Shown: in pieces, positions 11,778 to 23,111 of the stretch
How positions within the stretch are numbered: the stretch's first letter is position 1
Layout of the letters: every line of letters begins with the position of its first letter
The notes under the pieces: generated by a model
What the model saw: only the letters and a program-made list of their open reading frames with translations
Databases searched by the model: none
Told to the model about the DNA's origin: nothing
Assembly: GCF_000002075.1 (NCBI RefSeq)
Contig: NW_004797335.1
Span: 725,124 to 789,123, forward strand
Direction: 5' to 3'
DNA length: 64,000 nt
Source of the DNA: Aplysia californica
Lineage: Eukaryota
Program-made: the position numbers and the translations under genes

Positions 11778-12405
11778 GTGAGTACTGTTGTGAAAAGCAC
11801 ATATGGATATGCTAATATTTAAAGAAATGCAAAGGAGAATCTGAGTTCATGATATATAGTGGAATTAGATTCTTATACTGTAGATTATAGTAAGTGTTAG
11901 AGTGTCTCATAACTTTTCTGATACAAAACAATATTACATTTGGAAAATGGTTAATCTNNNNNNNNNNNNNNNNNNNNNNNNNNNNNNNNNNNNNNNNNNN
12001 NNNNNNNNNNNNNNNNNNNNNNNNNNNNNNNNNNNNNNNNNNNNNNNNNNNNNNNNNNNNNNNNNNNNNNNNNNNNNNNNNNNNNNNNNNNNNNNNNNNN
12101 NNNNNNNNNNNNNNNNNNNNNNNNNNNNNNNNNNNNNNNNNNNNNNNNNNNNNNNNNNNNNNNNNNNNNNNNNNNNAACAGAATGTGCCGAGATCTGTTT
12201 ATCAAAGAGTTTTCCATCCATGTTTGGCATGTCTGCTAGGTTACATATAATGTGAATGCTGTTGTTTTAGTTCGAGAATTGTGCACCTGTTGAAAGTGAT
12301 GATGGAAATCAGGTTTTTTTTTTTTCTCATAATCCTTTAATCACAGTTGTATACTTACTTGTCCGAACTCCTTGTTTTGAAAATGATTTTCCCTTTGGTT
12401 ACAAG

Positions 12406-12628
12406 CTTCCGCCCCCACCTCACAAAGAAGCCACAGCAGAACAGGCGCAACCGGTAAAGTCTGCTCCTCCTCCTCCTGGGCCACCCGCCGGACCGCCCGC
12501 GGGTCACTACGCTCCTCCAGCGGGACAGTACCCGCCACCAGCGGGACAGTACGGCCCACCGCCGCCCTACTATGGCCCACCCCCTCCTGGTGGCCCTGGC
12601 CCCTCGTTTGGATTTGAGAACCTCAATA
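12406..12628 (+). CDS. Evectin-like coding exon 5, Pro-rich (LPPPPHKE...GPPPPYYGPPPPGGPGPSFGFENLN)
   Basis: aag| acceptor, A|gtaaga donor, GC-rich open frame, PPPY motif. Confidence 0.82.
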
Positions 12629-12660
12629 GTAAGAAGCAGCGTTTGTCTGTCTGTTAGGTA

Positions 12661-13035
12661 TTTTAGGAAGAGTTTTACGGCACTTGCATCACAATAATAA
12701 GTGGGCGGTTGGCAGGTGCTCTTGTGTGGTTTGCTTCTTCTTTCCTATCAAACATCTGTCGCTTTTATCTCCCCTCCTTCTTTTTTTGTGTTTGTTACTC
12801 TTTTGTAACACCTCTTGTCTTCGGCACTTATATGACCTTATTTTGTTGCAAGTGTCGTAAAACTCTCACTAAAACTAAAACTAAAGCACCACTATAAGGT
12901 CATGGAAGTGCCGAAAATTTGAGGTGTTTTTACCGAGTAACCAACAAAGAAAAAGAGGAGGAAAGGTTAGGGTGATCGATGTTCGATATAAGAAAGAAGG
13001 AGCAAACCTCACCAGAGCATCTGCCAACCACCCAC
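12661..13035. mobile_element. Family B (-) copy interrupted by a family B (+) copy at 12698-12885
   Basis: Outer copy is split in its tail; degenerate 12-bp TSD GCATCACAATAA/GCACCACTATAA. Confidence 0.8.
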
Positions 13036-13184
13036 ATCTATTCCCCTGAAAACATTTCATATGAATTGTTGTGAGTAATAATACTGACAGCTAGAGTCCC
13101 AACCATGTGGCTTGACTTTGATGGTGGGCAGTGAGTCTTTCTTGTACATTTTTCTATTTTACTTTTATAGTGTTACTTTTGCTA

Positions 13185-14158
13185 CAGTAGTCTCAGCCTA
13201 AACGCAGGCCATACAAAAGCACGCTTTGCTCAAACGCACGCTTTCGTCAAATGCACAGTCACTTTTTCTAAATGCACGCTTCAACCCGCGAAAGACGCCG
13301 ACAGGATAAACTTGACAAGGGGAAATTTTTCGCTTCAGCCTACACAGCTTGCATAAGACAAGCCTAGACAACCGGGGGAGACTGCCCCTCATGCCGAACA
13401 AAGGGAGTGCTGGACAGAGTTTTCACATCCAGCCTTACAATGACATATAGATCTAAGATTGATCAGGTGATATGTTGGGGAGGGGGGACTGAAATGTCTT
13501 TTGATTGGTCACTTGAAATGCGTTTTTGAGAGAAGGTTTCTGACAGCTGTTGAAGAGAATGCATACGTAATCTTTAATTAAGCCTGTGATGTGTAACACG
13601 TGCGAATGCTGTAGAACATTAGATAGGCGTACTCTATGGGAATAAAGATTAGTCAAGTAATTAGCCACGCTTGAAGAACTTATACCGCACTTGTCCAACG
13701 AATCACAAGAGAAAAGTGTCTCAGAATATCTGATTGATATGATGCAATTACCGAGTTGCAATAGACAACAGGCAGTCGGGAGTGGTCGCTTGAAAAGCAG
13801 CGTGGCCGAGTATTTTTGTCTATACCATCACCAATAGTTTCCTCTTATCTTTTCCCAACATTTTATAGTGCATATCAGTGCAGTGAGTCTGTCTTTCTGC
13901 TTTTTCCCCTCACCCATTCAACGCCTTTGTATTCATAATTCATAACCGCAGTCGAGGAATCCTTCACAAAACAGGCACATGTCGTCACTTTTTTGGCCAA
14001 AGTGATCCCCCTTCCAAGGAAGTCACTAAAATATCAAGTAAATGAGATGATTGCATCCCTTCCTCCCTTTGCTGCACAGGTTCGTGTAAACGCAAGCTCC
14101 GTATAAACACATGCTAAGGAGCCCTCCTGAGCACCGTGCGTTTAGGCAGAGACTACTG
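13185..14158. mobile_element. Tc1/mariner (pogo/Tigger-like) MITE
   Basis: TA TSD; TIR CAGTAGTCTCAGCCTAAACGCA/TGCGTTTAGGCAGAGACTACTG. Confidence 0.85.
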
Positions 14159-14519
14159 TATTACTGTTTTATGTGAGTATTTGAAAACCCTGAAAAGAAT
14201 TAGATTACAATTTTATGCCTCTGAACTCAGCAAGTTCCTCTTAACTACCAAAACAACAAGCCACCTGTCACCTATCACTGTGGCTGTGTTCATCCGTTGA
14301 ACAGAACATCCCAACAGGCCTCCATCTTCCCTGGTCTCTGCTTTGATATATTATTGCATAAAGTTGTAGACCACTATTGGATTTTAGGTTTCCAATGTAT
14401 GATGATGCAGGAGGTCTTTTCTTATTTCTCCTTGCTTTTATTTTACTCTGCAGTACAGTTTTCGTCAGGTCTGTTTTTATATTTCAATTTGTGAGACCGA
14501 GGTACTTCAGTCTCCTTGT

Positions 14520-14905
14520 GTTGATCTCAGGCAGCAGACTACGCCGCGTGTAAAGTTCTTTCACTTTTATTTGTTCTTATTTTGCTCTTTCTTTCCTGTC
14601 AAACATCTATGTTTCCTTATCTCTCCTCCTTCTTTTTTGTGTTTGTTTCGCCTCTTGTAACGCCTCTAATCCTCAGCACTTGTACGACCTAGTTGTGTTG
14701 TAAGTGCCATAAAACACTACTACAGTGGGTGGTTGGCGGGTGCTCTGGTGTGGTTTGCTTCTTCTTTCCTGTAGAACATCTATCGTCCTTATCTCCCCTT
14801 CTTCTTTTTTATGTTTGTTACTCTTTTGTAACACCTCTAATCTTCTGGCGCTCATATGACCTTATACAGTTGCCAGCGCCATAAAACCTCTACTAAAACT
14901 AAACA
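14520..14905 (+). mobile_element. Two head-to-tail family B(-like) copies
   Basis: First copy has a variant head and GCACTT tail (to ~14722); second has the canonical head and GCGCTC tail. Confidence 0.75.
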
Positions 14906-14975
14906 GTACAACAAACTAAGCCGGAGTAGTCTTTGTGGATTCTTCTCTCACTGTCCGGTATATGTTTGTCCTCAG

Positions 14976-15114
14976 TGGGTGGAGCCGCCCCACCATACCC
15001 CCAGCAGCCACAGTACAGACCCCCTCCTGTCCAGGGCCACTACCCACCACCAGGGCCGTACCCGACCCAGGGCCACTACCCACCTCCCCCCGCCGGCCAC
15101 TACGGACCCCCGCC
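14976..15114 (+). CDS. Evectin-like coding exon 6, Pro-rich; 3' end lost in assembly gap
   Basis: cctcag| acceptor, phase 1; MGGAAPPYPQQPQYRPPPVQGHYPPPGPYP... runs into the N gap at 15115. Confidence 0.8.
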
Positions 15115-15498
15115 NNNNNNNNNNNNNNNNNNNNNNNNNNNNNNNNNNNNNNNNNNNNNNNNNNNNNNNNNNNNNNNNNNNNNNNNNNNNNNNNNNNNNN
15201 NNNNNNNNNNNNNNNNNNNNNNNNNNNNNNNNNNNNNNNNNNNNNNNNNNNNNNNNNNNNNNNNNNNNNNNNNNNNNNNNNNNNNNNNNNNNNNNNNNNN
15301 NNNNNNNNNNNNNNNNNNNNNACGGTCAGCGATGCCGACAGCAGGCAGGAACTCAACACTTGCCCGGGGTTCCTTAAAAAGAGCTGAAAGTGGGTTACTG
15401 AAATGTCCAAGCAGACGGGTAGGGTAAGCAGTCTGAAGGCAAAGGGTAGCACAGTAGTGGGCTGTGTTCCATCGTTATGTACTCTACCGTGTTTGAAC

Positions 15499-15678
15499 GT
15501 GGGTAGTTGGCGGGTGCTCTGATGTGGTTTGCTTCTTCTTTCCTATCAAACATCTATCGTCCTTATCTCCCCCTTCCTCTTTTTTATGTTTGTTACTCTC
15601 TTGTAACAGCTCTAATCTTCTGGTGCTCATGTGACCTTATGCAGTTGCGAGTGCCGTAAAACCTCTACTAAAAAAAAA
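15499..15678 (+). mobile_element. Family B retroposon
   Basis: A-tail; TSD GTGTTTGAAC. Confidence 0.88.
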
Positions 15679-16539
15679 GTGTTTGAACGTTATTGGTCTA
15701 CATTTTGTGCCCTGTGAGGAAGGCGTATTTGGCTAATTAGACTGGAATATGCTGGAAAGTGCAGATGAGTTCCAAGAAATGATTGATGTTCTACGTTTTT
15801 TTGTGTCATATTGTGCCTTTTTCAGATGTTGCATATTATATTGCCTTTGCTGCTACCTCCTTTACTTCGTCTTGAGATTGGTCTTGGTTTCCATCTTCCT
15901 TTTAACTTTATCTGTACCTCGAATTTTACTTTGTTTCCATACGACGTGGGAAACTCTGTGCCACCACTTTCCAAAGAGGAAATTTACACATTAATCCGAT
16001 TTGTACGCCTTGCATAGCTGTCTGTAAAAATGATTTTTTGAAAAATACTGAAAGTTTCAAAGAGATCTTCGCCCTAGAAGTATTCTAAAATGTGAAGAAT
16101 ACAACCCCGGGGGTACAAAATGACCCCAGGGTGTATGGATAAGGTTAATGATCCTTTGCTATCTCTTCATTGGGAGTGACTCCAAAATGGGATTTATTTT
16201 TCCCCATTGTGAATTTGTATTAAAAATTCTCTGATATCACAGAATCTTACCTCTGACTCTTAGAAGGGTTAAAAAACCTTTATTATGATAGACATAAATA
16301 ACTAGTTGTGATAAGTTTATGTTAAATGAACTCCACTCTATCTTCATTCTGTTTTGTTTGGAAAAAAAACAAACAAACAATATAAACCAACTGTGACCTG
16401 TTTCATTGAACCACACACTGTTGTTTTGCAATAAAAAAAAAAAAAAAGAGAATGGACCCTGTAATTTTTGTTTCTATGTCCTTCTGTTTGATTTATTTCA
16501 TCTATGTTTATAAACCCCTCTCTTTCCTTCACTGTCTAG

Positions 16540-16587
16540 GTGGGTACCCCCAGCAGCCTTACTACTCAGCTGCTCCTGCACCTTCAG
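16540..16587 (+). CDS. Evectin-like 48-nt microexon (GGYPQQPYYSAAPAPS)
   Basis: tctag| acceptor, CAG|gtaagt donor, symmetric phase 1-1. Confidence 0.8.
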
Positions 16588-17431
16588 GTAAGTTGTCAAG
16601 GAAGTCTGTTCATAATTACTACCTGGAGGATTTTTTATGCTGTTGTTTAATCTTTGGTTTTGTATTTATTTTGATTTCTTTCATTTTGACTCTTGTAAAT
16701 GCATTGAGCAGTTGTTTCAAAAAGTACCTTTATTTCTTTTTTCTCAGTGTTTATGTCGTATTCCTTAGCTTTCTTGTTGTTTTGTACTCTGGTATCAATT
16801 TGACATTATCAACATTTAGTTACTTTCGCACTAGTTAAAAGGGAATCATGAATTTAATACAGTTGACTGTAATTTTATTAAAATTGTGAAACTTCTAAAG
16901 ATGATTTTGGAAGATGTGTGATGCAACCTTTATTCATATAAAAAGTTGTGTATTTTTAGGGTAAAGTTAACGAAGAAAGATTTAATTTTCTATTTAATTT
17001 CATATGCAATGCAATTTTTGTTCTCAAAAGAGGAGGTGATCGATAATTTATTCCTTACCTCTTTAGCACTTTTTTTTATTCTCAAAGTTCTCCAGAGGTT
17101 ATAAATTTCAAAGATCTTGTTCTTCTTCTACTTTTACCACATTTTCTTCACCCCTTTGTGAGCACACTAATTATTCACCCTTTAGTGTAATTGATGGTTT
17201 CTATATGAATAATTTCCTTCTAGATAGCTTTTGTGCTGTTTTCAAAGTTAGTCACAATGATTCGTACTTCGAAAAAATTTCCAAAGTTGTGATTGGTCTC
17301 AATATTTTGTTTGAATAGCCAGCATGGGTGGGGCCTGTGTTTTTCTTTTTTTTACTCTTAACTCTTAAAATGCCTTCCCTGGGCATTACATAATGCTTCC
17401 TCTTTGTTTGAGAAGACTGTTCTATTGAACC

Positions 17432-17823
17432 CCTTTTTTTTTTGGTAAGTGTTTTACGGCGCTCACAACTGCATAAGGTCATATAAGCGCGCTGGACACA
17501 TGAAACATTTTCAGTTGGTTGGAAATTTTGAATTTTGCCCGGGGTGGCGGCCGAAATCTTATCGATTTTAGACCACCAAGGGGTCTTTAATGTGCGCTAC
17601 TTGCACACGGGCCCTCCGAGATTTTTCGCCCTTGTCCGAGAAGGCTAGGTGTAGATCTTTCCTACCAGAAGATCAGTGGTGTTGCAGAAAGACAGCAGTA
17701 AGAAGGAGCCAAGGAGTAGCAGTAGAAAGGCTGCCTAAATTTTTCGGTCGCTACCCGGATTCAAATCCGGGACCTTTGAATGAGAGGCCAACACACCTTA
17801 ACCTCTAGGCCACGAGAGCCCCG
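17432..17823 (-). mobile_element. Full-length tRNA-headed SINE with Meta-like core and the shared stem-loop tail
   Basis: tRNA head; CTTCTCGGACAAGGGCGAAAA..CGGAGGGCCCGTGTG..GCACATTAAAGACCCC resembles the Meta domain as recalled; shared tail, A-tail; TSD TATTGAACC. Confidence 0.82.
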
Positions 17824-18143
17824 TATTGAACCTTTGCTGTAGGCCCATGGGTAGGAAAATTAATAAAGTCTCATGTTCCAAATGTCAACATGAACAGGGA
17901 TAGATAACTGTAATAAGCTAATTCCTTATTTGAAGGCTTAAATGAGACAGACAGCAACCCACAAAGATTATACACTCTTCCTTTCATTTAATCATTTAAT
18001 TCTTACTGTGGCCCTTTCTAGCTCATTTTGGAGTATTACCTATTTTATCCAATCATTTCAATATCTTAATCTCTGTATTCTGCGTTCATCTCTTTCTGAT
18101 AGTTTTTTTTTCCTTTTTTTCTTTATCTTTCTCTCGTTACCAG

Positions 18144-18179
18144 GCTATCCGCAGCAGCAGTATTATCATGCTCCTGCAG
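18144..18179 (+). CDS. Evectin-like 36-nt microexon (GYPQQQYYHAPA)
   Basis: Long pyrimidine tract plus cag|, CAG|gtgagt donor, phase 1-1. Confidence 0.8.
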
Positions 18180-18561
18180 GTGAGTGCTATGTCTTTGATA
18201 TCAATGAAACCTGTCAGAACTTTATGTGTTTATTATTTGCCTCTGCTGTATCTTTTGAAATGTGTTTCAATTCCATATCTCTCTCTCTCTCTGTGCTGGT
18301 TTTTTGTCTGTTTGTTAGAAGTAAATGTCAAAACATAAATGTGTGCTTTGAGTTTACCTTGACAGTTTATCTAATGAATTGTAAATAAATCCTAAAAAGA
18401 TGTTTGCTGATTGATGTAACTAAATTTCATGCAGATTTAGATTAATTTGCCTAAGTTGGATTGAAAGACATTTTCATTTGTGGGTACTAAGCTGCAAACG
18501 AAAATCTGGATAGGAACTGATTTAGCCGCTGATCTGTTATCATGACTCCACCTCTCTCCAG

Positions 18562-18597
18562 GCACACATTATTCGGCTCCCCAGTACTATGTAGCAG
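18562..18597 (+). CDS. Evectin-like 36-nt microexon (GTHYSAPQYYVA)
   Basis: ctctctccag| acceptor, CAG|gtactg donor, phase 1-1; composition like neighbouring exons. Confidence 0.6.
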
Positions 18598-20554
18598 GTA
18601 CTGTCATGGTCTTTTGGCATATATCCTCTAAGCACAATGCATTGGAAACAGACACAGTAGTAACATGGTTAACCAGAGCATGCTTATATTAGGATAGAGC
18701 ATGTTGCTTATGGAATCACTGTTGCTTACCTCTTCTTCCCCACACCCTGGGTGAAAAAAGTTGTAATGCTTCACACAAGTTTGAATATCAAAGGAATCAT
18801 GCGCTATATTGAAATGTCTTACAAAGCTTATTTAGTTGAAAGATTTCTGTGCAATTCATTTCCCTTTGTATCTCTTCTGTCAGATGTACTGTCTTTTTTT
18901 TCTGAAAAGCATTTTTAGTTTGGTTTTGTGTGCAGCTTTTTTAAAGTTGATGGAATAGTTTTATACACTTCCATTTTTCCCTATCACTCCTTTCAAACAT
19001 GGCCTGGGACTTTTCCGAACCTGCTGAGATCATCGAAGTGCCGTATGCCTGAAACTGCTCGAGGCGTAGTTCATTTCTGTTTCTATGTCTCTAGCTTTCA
19101 AATAGAGAAGATAATTCCTGAAACATTGCTCAATGTTTTGCCTGTGATTTCCGCTTTGTGTTTCATGCAATGTGGCTGTAAATAAATTAAACAAGTTATG
19201 AGCATAGCATGACATTTGTTACTTTCTGTCTAATACTCATTTTGTCTGGAACATGATAGTAGAATTATGTAGACCTGAAGGAGTTAATATGCTTACTGGT
19301 TGTCTTTTTTGTAACAGTAAACTTCTACTGGTTGTCTAGAATGTGAATGAATGCACCTTGCCCTATGACTTTAGCTTCATAATGTTAACTGCACTGATGC
19401 TATGAGGGTAGATGTCTGTGAATGGGTTACTACTGAGCCAATAATGACACTGGCTCTGGTCTACCAGCCATCCTTCAAATGGGAAGTACATTGGTGGTAT
19501 AGTTACATTTTTAATCTTGACACTCAAGGCAATGGAATTATACTATTGTGTATTTATAGAAACTTTGCTAAACTTGTGATAGTGGTATTTGAAATTACTT
19601 CCAGTACTTACTTTACTTTTCCGATCCAGCGGCCATTTGGTCTGTCGATATGGCAAAGAATACTTCCAATAAGAATCTGAGCTTTCTTTTCCTGGGAAAA
19701 CATTTTCAGCATTGCTATGGATTGACAAAAAATGATCCTCATGGTTTTGCTCTGTGATTAGTCTTTTTTATACAGGGGTCAATCTTTGCGTTCAAAGTAC
19801 AGTATACCCACAAATGACCCCATCAGAGTGATCAGTATGTCATACCCAGTATTTAGGGAACATGATACGGCTTCTTCTATAGATGCTTGTATTTTTTGCT
19901 GCCGACATGTTGCAGAATAACTAAAATGATAATGTATTTAAAAGGCCTGAACATTCATGGACTGACCAAGCATTGTGGTAACTGTCGTGCTGTGCATGCT
20001 CTTGTTTATGATGACTGACTACATATGGTTTACTGGACACTTATATGTTTGAGTGGCTTTCGTGCCTTTAAAAAAAAAGGGTGTAAAACAACTGTAAATA
20101 ATATACTTTGTTTCAACTGAGTGGTGTAGGTGAAAGAGAATGATGACTGTGCTATACTGATTCCAAAGTGAAACGTTAAATACCAATTTTATTTTTGGCA
20201 GAAAGCAATGTCAATGTTAAAGGAAGTATATTACAGTAAATGAGCAATAGTTGTTATGGATTCTATTGTAAGTGCCTTCAAATGGTTTATTATGTCATTT
20301 TGTCTGATATATGTGGTCCGTTGAGTATTCTGACATGGTCCTCTCCTTTTTCTGCTTTTCGGTGTCGTTATTGACAGTCTACCTTCAGCAAAATGTTGGT
20401 GTTGCCATGCTGAGGCACATTAACAACCACATAGTGGGTGGTTGGCTGGTGCTCTGGTGTGGATTGCTCCCTCTTTCCTGATATGTGCTTGGATATGCGC
20501 AGTATACATGCAATTATTATTATTGGGTTGTGACGTCCTTCAGAAACATTGCCA

Positions 20555-20923
20555 CCCCCCGGGGCAGTGCCACTGACTGTAGTGTCTTTAGGCCATTCCC
20601 AAAGGGGGGACATTTCTCGTTCAAGCACAGTAGAATTGTAAATGGGCTGATTCATCATGTCACGCTCATAACTGTGCCTGATCTTTCCTTATCCTTACTA
20701 TTGTCATTTTTCCTCTACTTCTTTTGTATGTTTGTCACTCTCTTGTGACCCGCTATTTCCGGGGTGCCCTGATAGTCAAAGCAGACTTCGTGCTGTTGAA
20801 GCTAAAGTGGTGAGCAAAATAAGACTGATTCCCTGTAAAGACTTCTCTGTTGACACACACCCCTTGGCGCTCATATGACCTTATGCAGTAGCGAGCGCTG
20901 TAAAACCCTCTACTATAAAAAAA
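20555..20923 (+). mobile_element. Family A retroposon
   Basis: Colinear; AAACATTGC repeated on both flanks. Confidence 0.85.
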
Positions 20924-20997
20924 TAATAACTTTTCAAAACATTGCGCCCCCCCCCCATAGTGACTTGACGCTGAGTGAAAGCTGTTTCTCTCCTCAG

Positions 20998-21108
20998 GCG
21001 GGTACCCTCAACAAGCCTATGGCTACCAGCATCCACCAGTTATTGTGCAACAAAACCCTAAGAAGAAGAAAGGTGTTCTCAGCAGTAACACAGGCAAGAT
21101 GGCTGCTG
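20998..21108 (+). CDS. Evectin-like penultimate exon (GGYPQQAYGYQHPPVIVQQNPKKKKGVLSSNTGKMAA)
   Basis: tcctcag| acceptor, G|gtgagt donor, phase 1-1. Confidence 0.85.
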
Positions 21109-21947
21109 GTGAGTATGGAGTGCTGTTATACATTCATTGTGTGTTTGCGGCTGTTGAATGGAAGAAAATTGTACGGGATATTCTATTAAAATGTATAGAA
21201 TGGAAGTTCAGTTAAATCGTAGGAGACAAAGGTGGACAAGTTAGAATATGAAGAAAGAAATTAACACTAACTGAGAAAATGATGAAGAAAGAAAGGTATA
21301 ATTATCTCTTTTTTAGGTTATTCTTGAAAAGTGTGTATCTAAATTTTAAAAAAAAGGAATACCTTTACTTAAATAAGAAAGCGGCGTAGGCAACAAACTT
21401 GAAGAAAGGCAAGTTTTCTTTTCCATTAATGTGTGTATGTCTATTGTTTGATGAAGCATATTGTTTTTTTGTTGGTTCTTTGCTTTCTGGCAGAAAATTA
21501 TTTGCCTCTCTTTACACTTTTTTTTTAACCCAGATACTTTCATATTTATGAAGAAACTTTTATACAAGGTGACCTGTGCAGCTCTACAATTTCTGTAAAA
21601 TATTACGGTTCCGTAGACGCCTTGCTTGGTAAAAAAAAACTTGGGAAAAAGAAAAGGACTGTTCAAAATTAAGATAGTGGGAATTTAATAGTCACTCAGT
21701 TTACTTTGTCCCACCTTCTATACACTTTCACCTTACAAAGCATTTGCCATTCAAAGCTTGAATAAGAATATTATAAGCTTGTGGTTTTTTAAATGATGGT
21801 ATGACCGTGAAAATGAAGTCTGTTCCCAAATTTTACGTATTGGGACAAAATCAGTACTTTTTCAGTGCATATGTTGAAGATGTTAGCTTTTTAGAAGTAG
21901 TAGCCGTTGCATTTCTTAGGATGTTTTTTACTGTGTGTGTTCTCCAG

Positions 21948-22099
21948 GTCTGGCTGGTGGAGCTCTGGTGGGCTACGGAGCGTCCCGCATGATGGGCGGA
22001 GGCTGGGGGATGGGTCACTGGGGCAGCTGGAGCTCTCTCAGCTCTATTGGAAGTTTTGGCAGTTGCGGAAGTTTTGGAAGCTTTGGGAGCTTTGGATAA
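21948..22099 (+). CDS. Evectin-like last coding exon (GLAGGALVGYGASRMMGGGWGMGHWGSWSSLSSIGSFGSCGSFGSFGSFG*)
   Basis: tctccag| acceptor, phase 1, TAA at 22097-22099. Confidence 0.85.
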
Positions 22100-22935
22100 A
22101 AAAAAAAAGATCAGCAGCAATATTGCCGTTTTTTTAATGACCACTACGTCATTTTCTCAAAGATGACAAAGTGGATTTCAAAATTGTGATTTTGTGTGTC
22201 TGCAGTTTTTTGGGTGTGAGATTTTGAACATTCTTGTAAGAATCTCATAATGTAATGTACTGAGTGCCAGCTTGATTCAGTGAAATGCACGTTATGATTT
22301 TTTTTAAAAATGTATATCTTTTCGCTATTATTTTACAACTGTTGTGGGTGACATTTGAAATCATATACTTTCTAAGCAGAAGCATCTGTATATATATCAC
22401 TTGGACTTAACAAACATTGGCACCTTTTATGATAATTATTTCTGACTGTTCCTCTTAGTCTAAGAGACAGAAAATTTGGTTCAAATTCGAAGTTGATGTA
22501 GGCCTGCCCATCCTAAAATTCCTTTCTTAATTAAGGTATTTCTAGTTGATGGGATCTTTGGTGTGGTTTGCTCCTTCTATTCCCTTTTTTTTGTTTTGAG
22601 TGTTGCTATCTTACTGACCTGCCCGAAAAACGTCTTATCTGCCATAGAAGTGGTTCAAGTTTCACCAAAGGCCTATTCCTGTAGTAGACTCTTTGAAGTC
22701 AGTATTTTACAGGGATGTGTAGCTGGGAACATTTTTAGAAGATTGGGGTAGAATCATTCTTCTTTTCTTGTTCCTGTCTTGTGTCACAAGGGGGTTGTGT
22801 CGTCTGCTCTTCATTTCAGTACATGTATACTACTGTTTTCATTCTCTTTTTCTCTTGAGGTAGAATGCCCATGCTGATTCACCTTAATCTACAGTTCAAC
22901 TGGAACCCTTGTGCTGTCGAGAGCTAATTACTTAA

Positions 22936-23111
22936 CCCTATCCGTACGCCCTGGGGTAATTTTGTACCCCTCGGGTTGTATTCTTCACATTTTAGAATAC
23001 TTCTTCTAGTACGGAGGTCTCTTTGAAACTCTCAGTATATCTAAAAAAATAATTTTGACAGACTGCTTTGCAAAGCGTACAGATCGGATTAACAAGTAAG
23101 TACGGATAGGG
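22936..23111. mobile_element. piggyBac-like MITE in the 3' UTR region; related inverted copy at 15991-16147
   Basis: TTAA TSD; TIR CCCTATCCGTAC/GTACGGATAGGG. Confidence 0.85.

Larger units (their letters stand above)
5877..22099 (+). other. Gene model: PH-domain, Pro/Tyr-rich, Gly-zipper-tailed protein (PLEKHB/evectin-like), 11 coding exons
   Basis: Exons 5877-5919, 7802-7917, 10586-10749, 11750-11777, 12406-12628, 14976-(gap at 15115), 16540-16587, 18144-18179, 18562-18597, 20998-21108 and 21948-22099 splice in frame. N-terminal PH domain (MGDIVKCGYVKRYSKSILNGGWNNSFLQL...NELHEWMTAI), PPPY motif and C-terminal KMAAGLAGGALVG match evectin architecture as recalled. Orthology not tested. Confidence 0.8.

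Noticed and set aside
11894-12255. ORFs spanning N runs (also near 8600, 48000, 48550 and 50950)
   Set aside because: Artefacts of assembly gaps
20580-20650. HDV-like double pseudoknot in the family A head (TGTCTT/GGGACA, CCATT/AATGG, CCC-AAA-GGG)
   Set aside because: L3 is only 3 nt, there is no P1.1 and no catalytic C in J4/2, and I saw no covariation among copies
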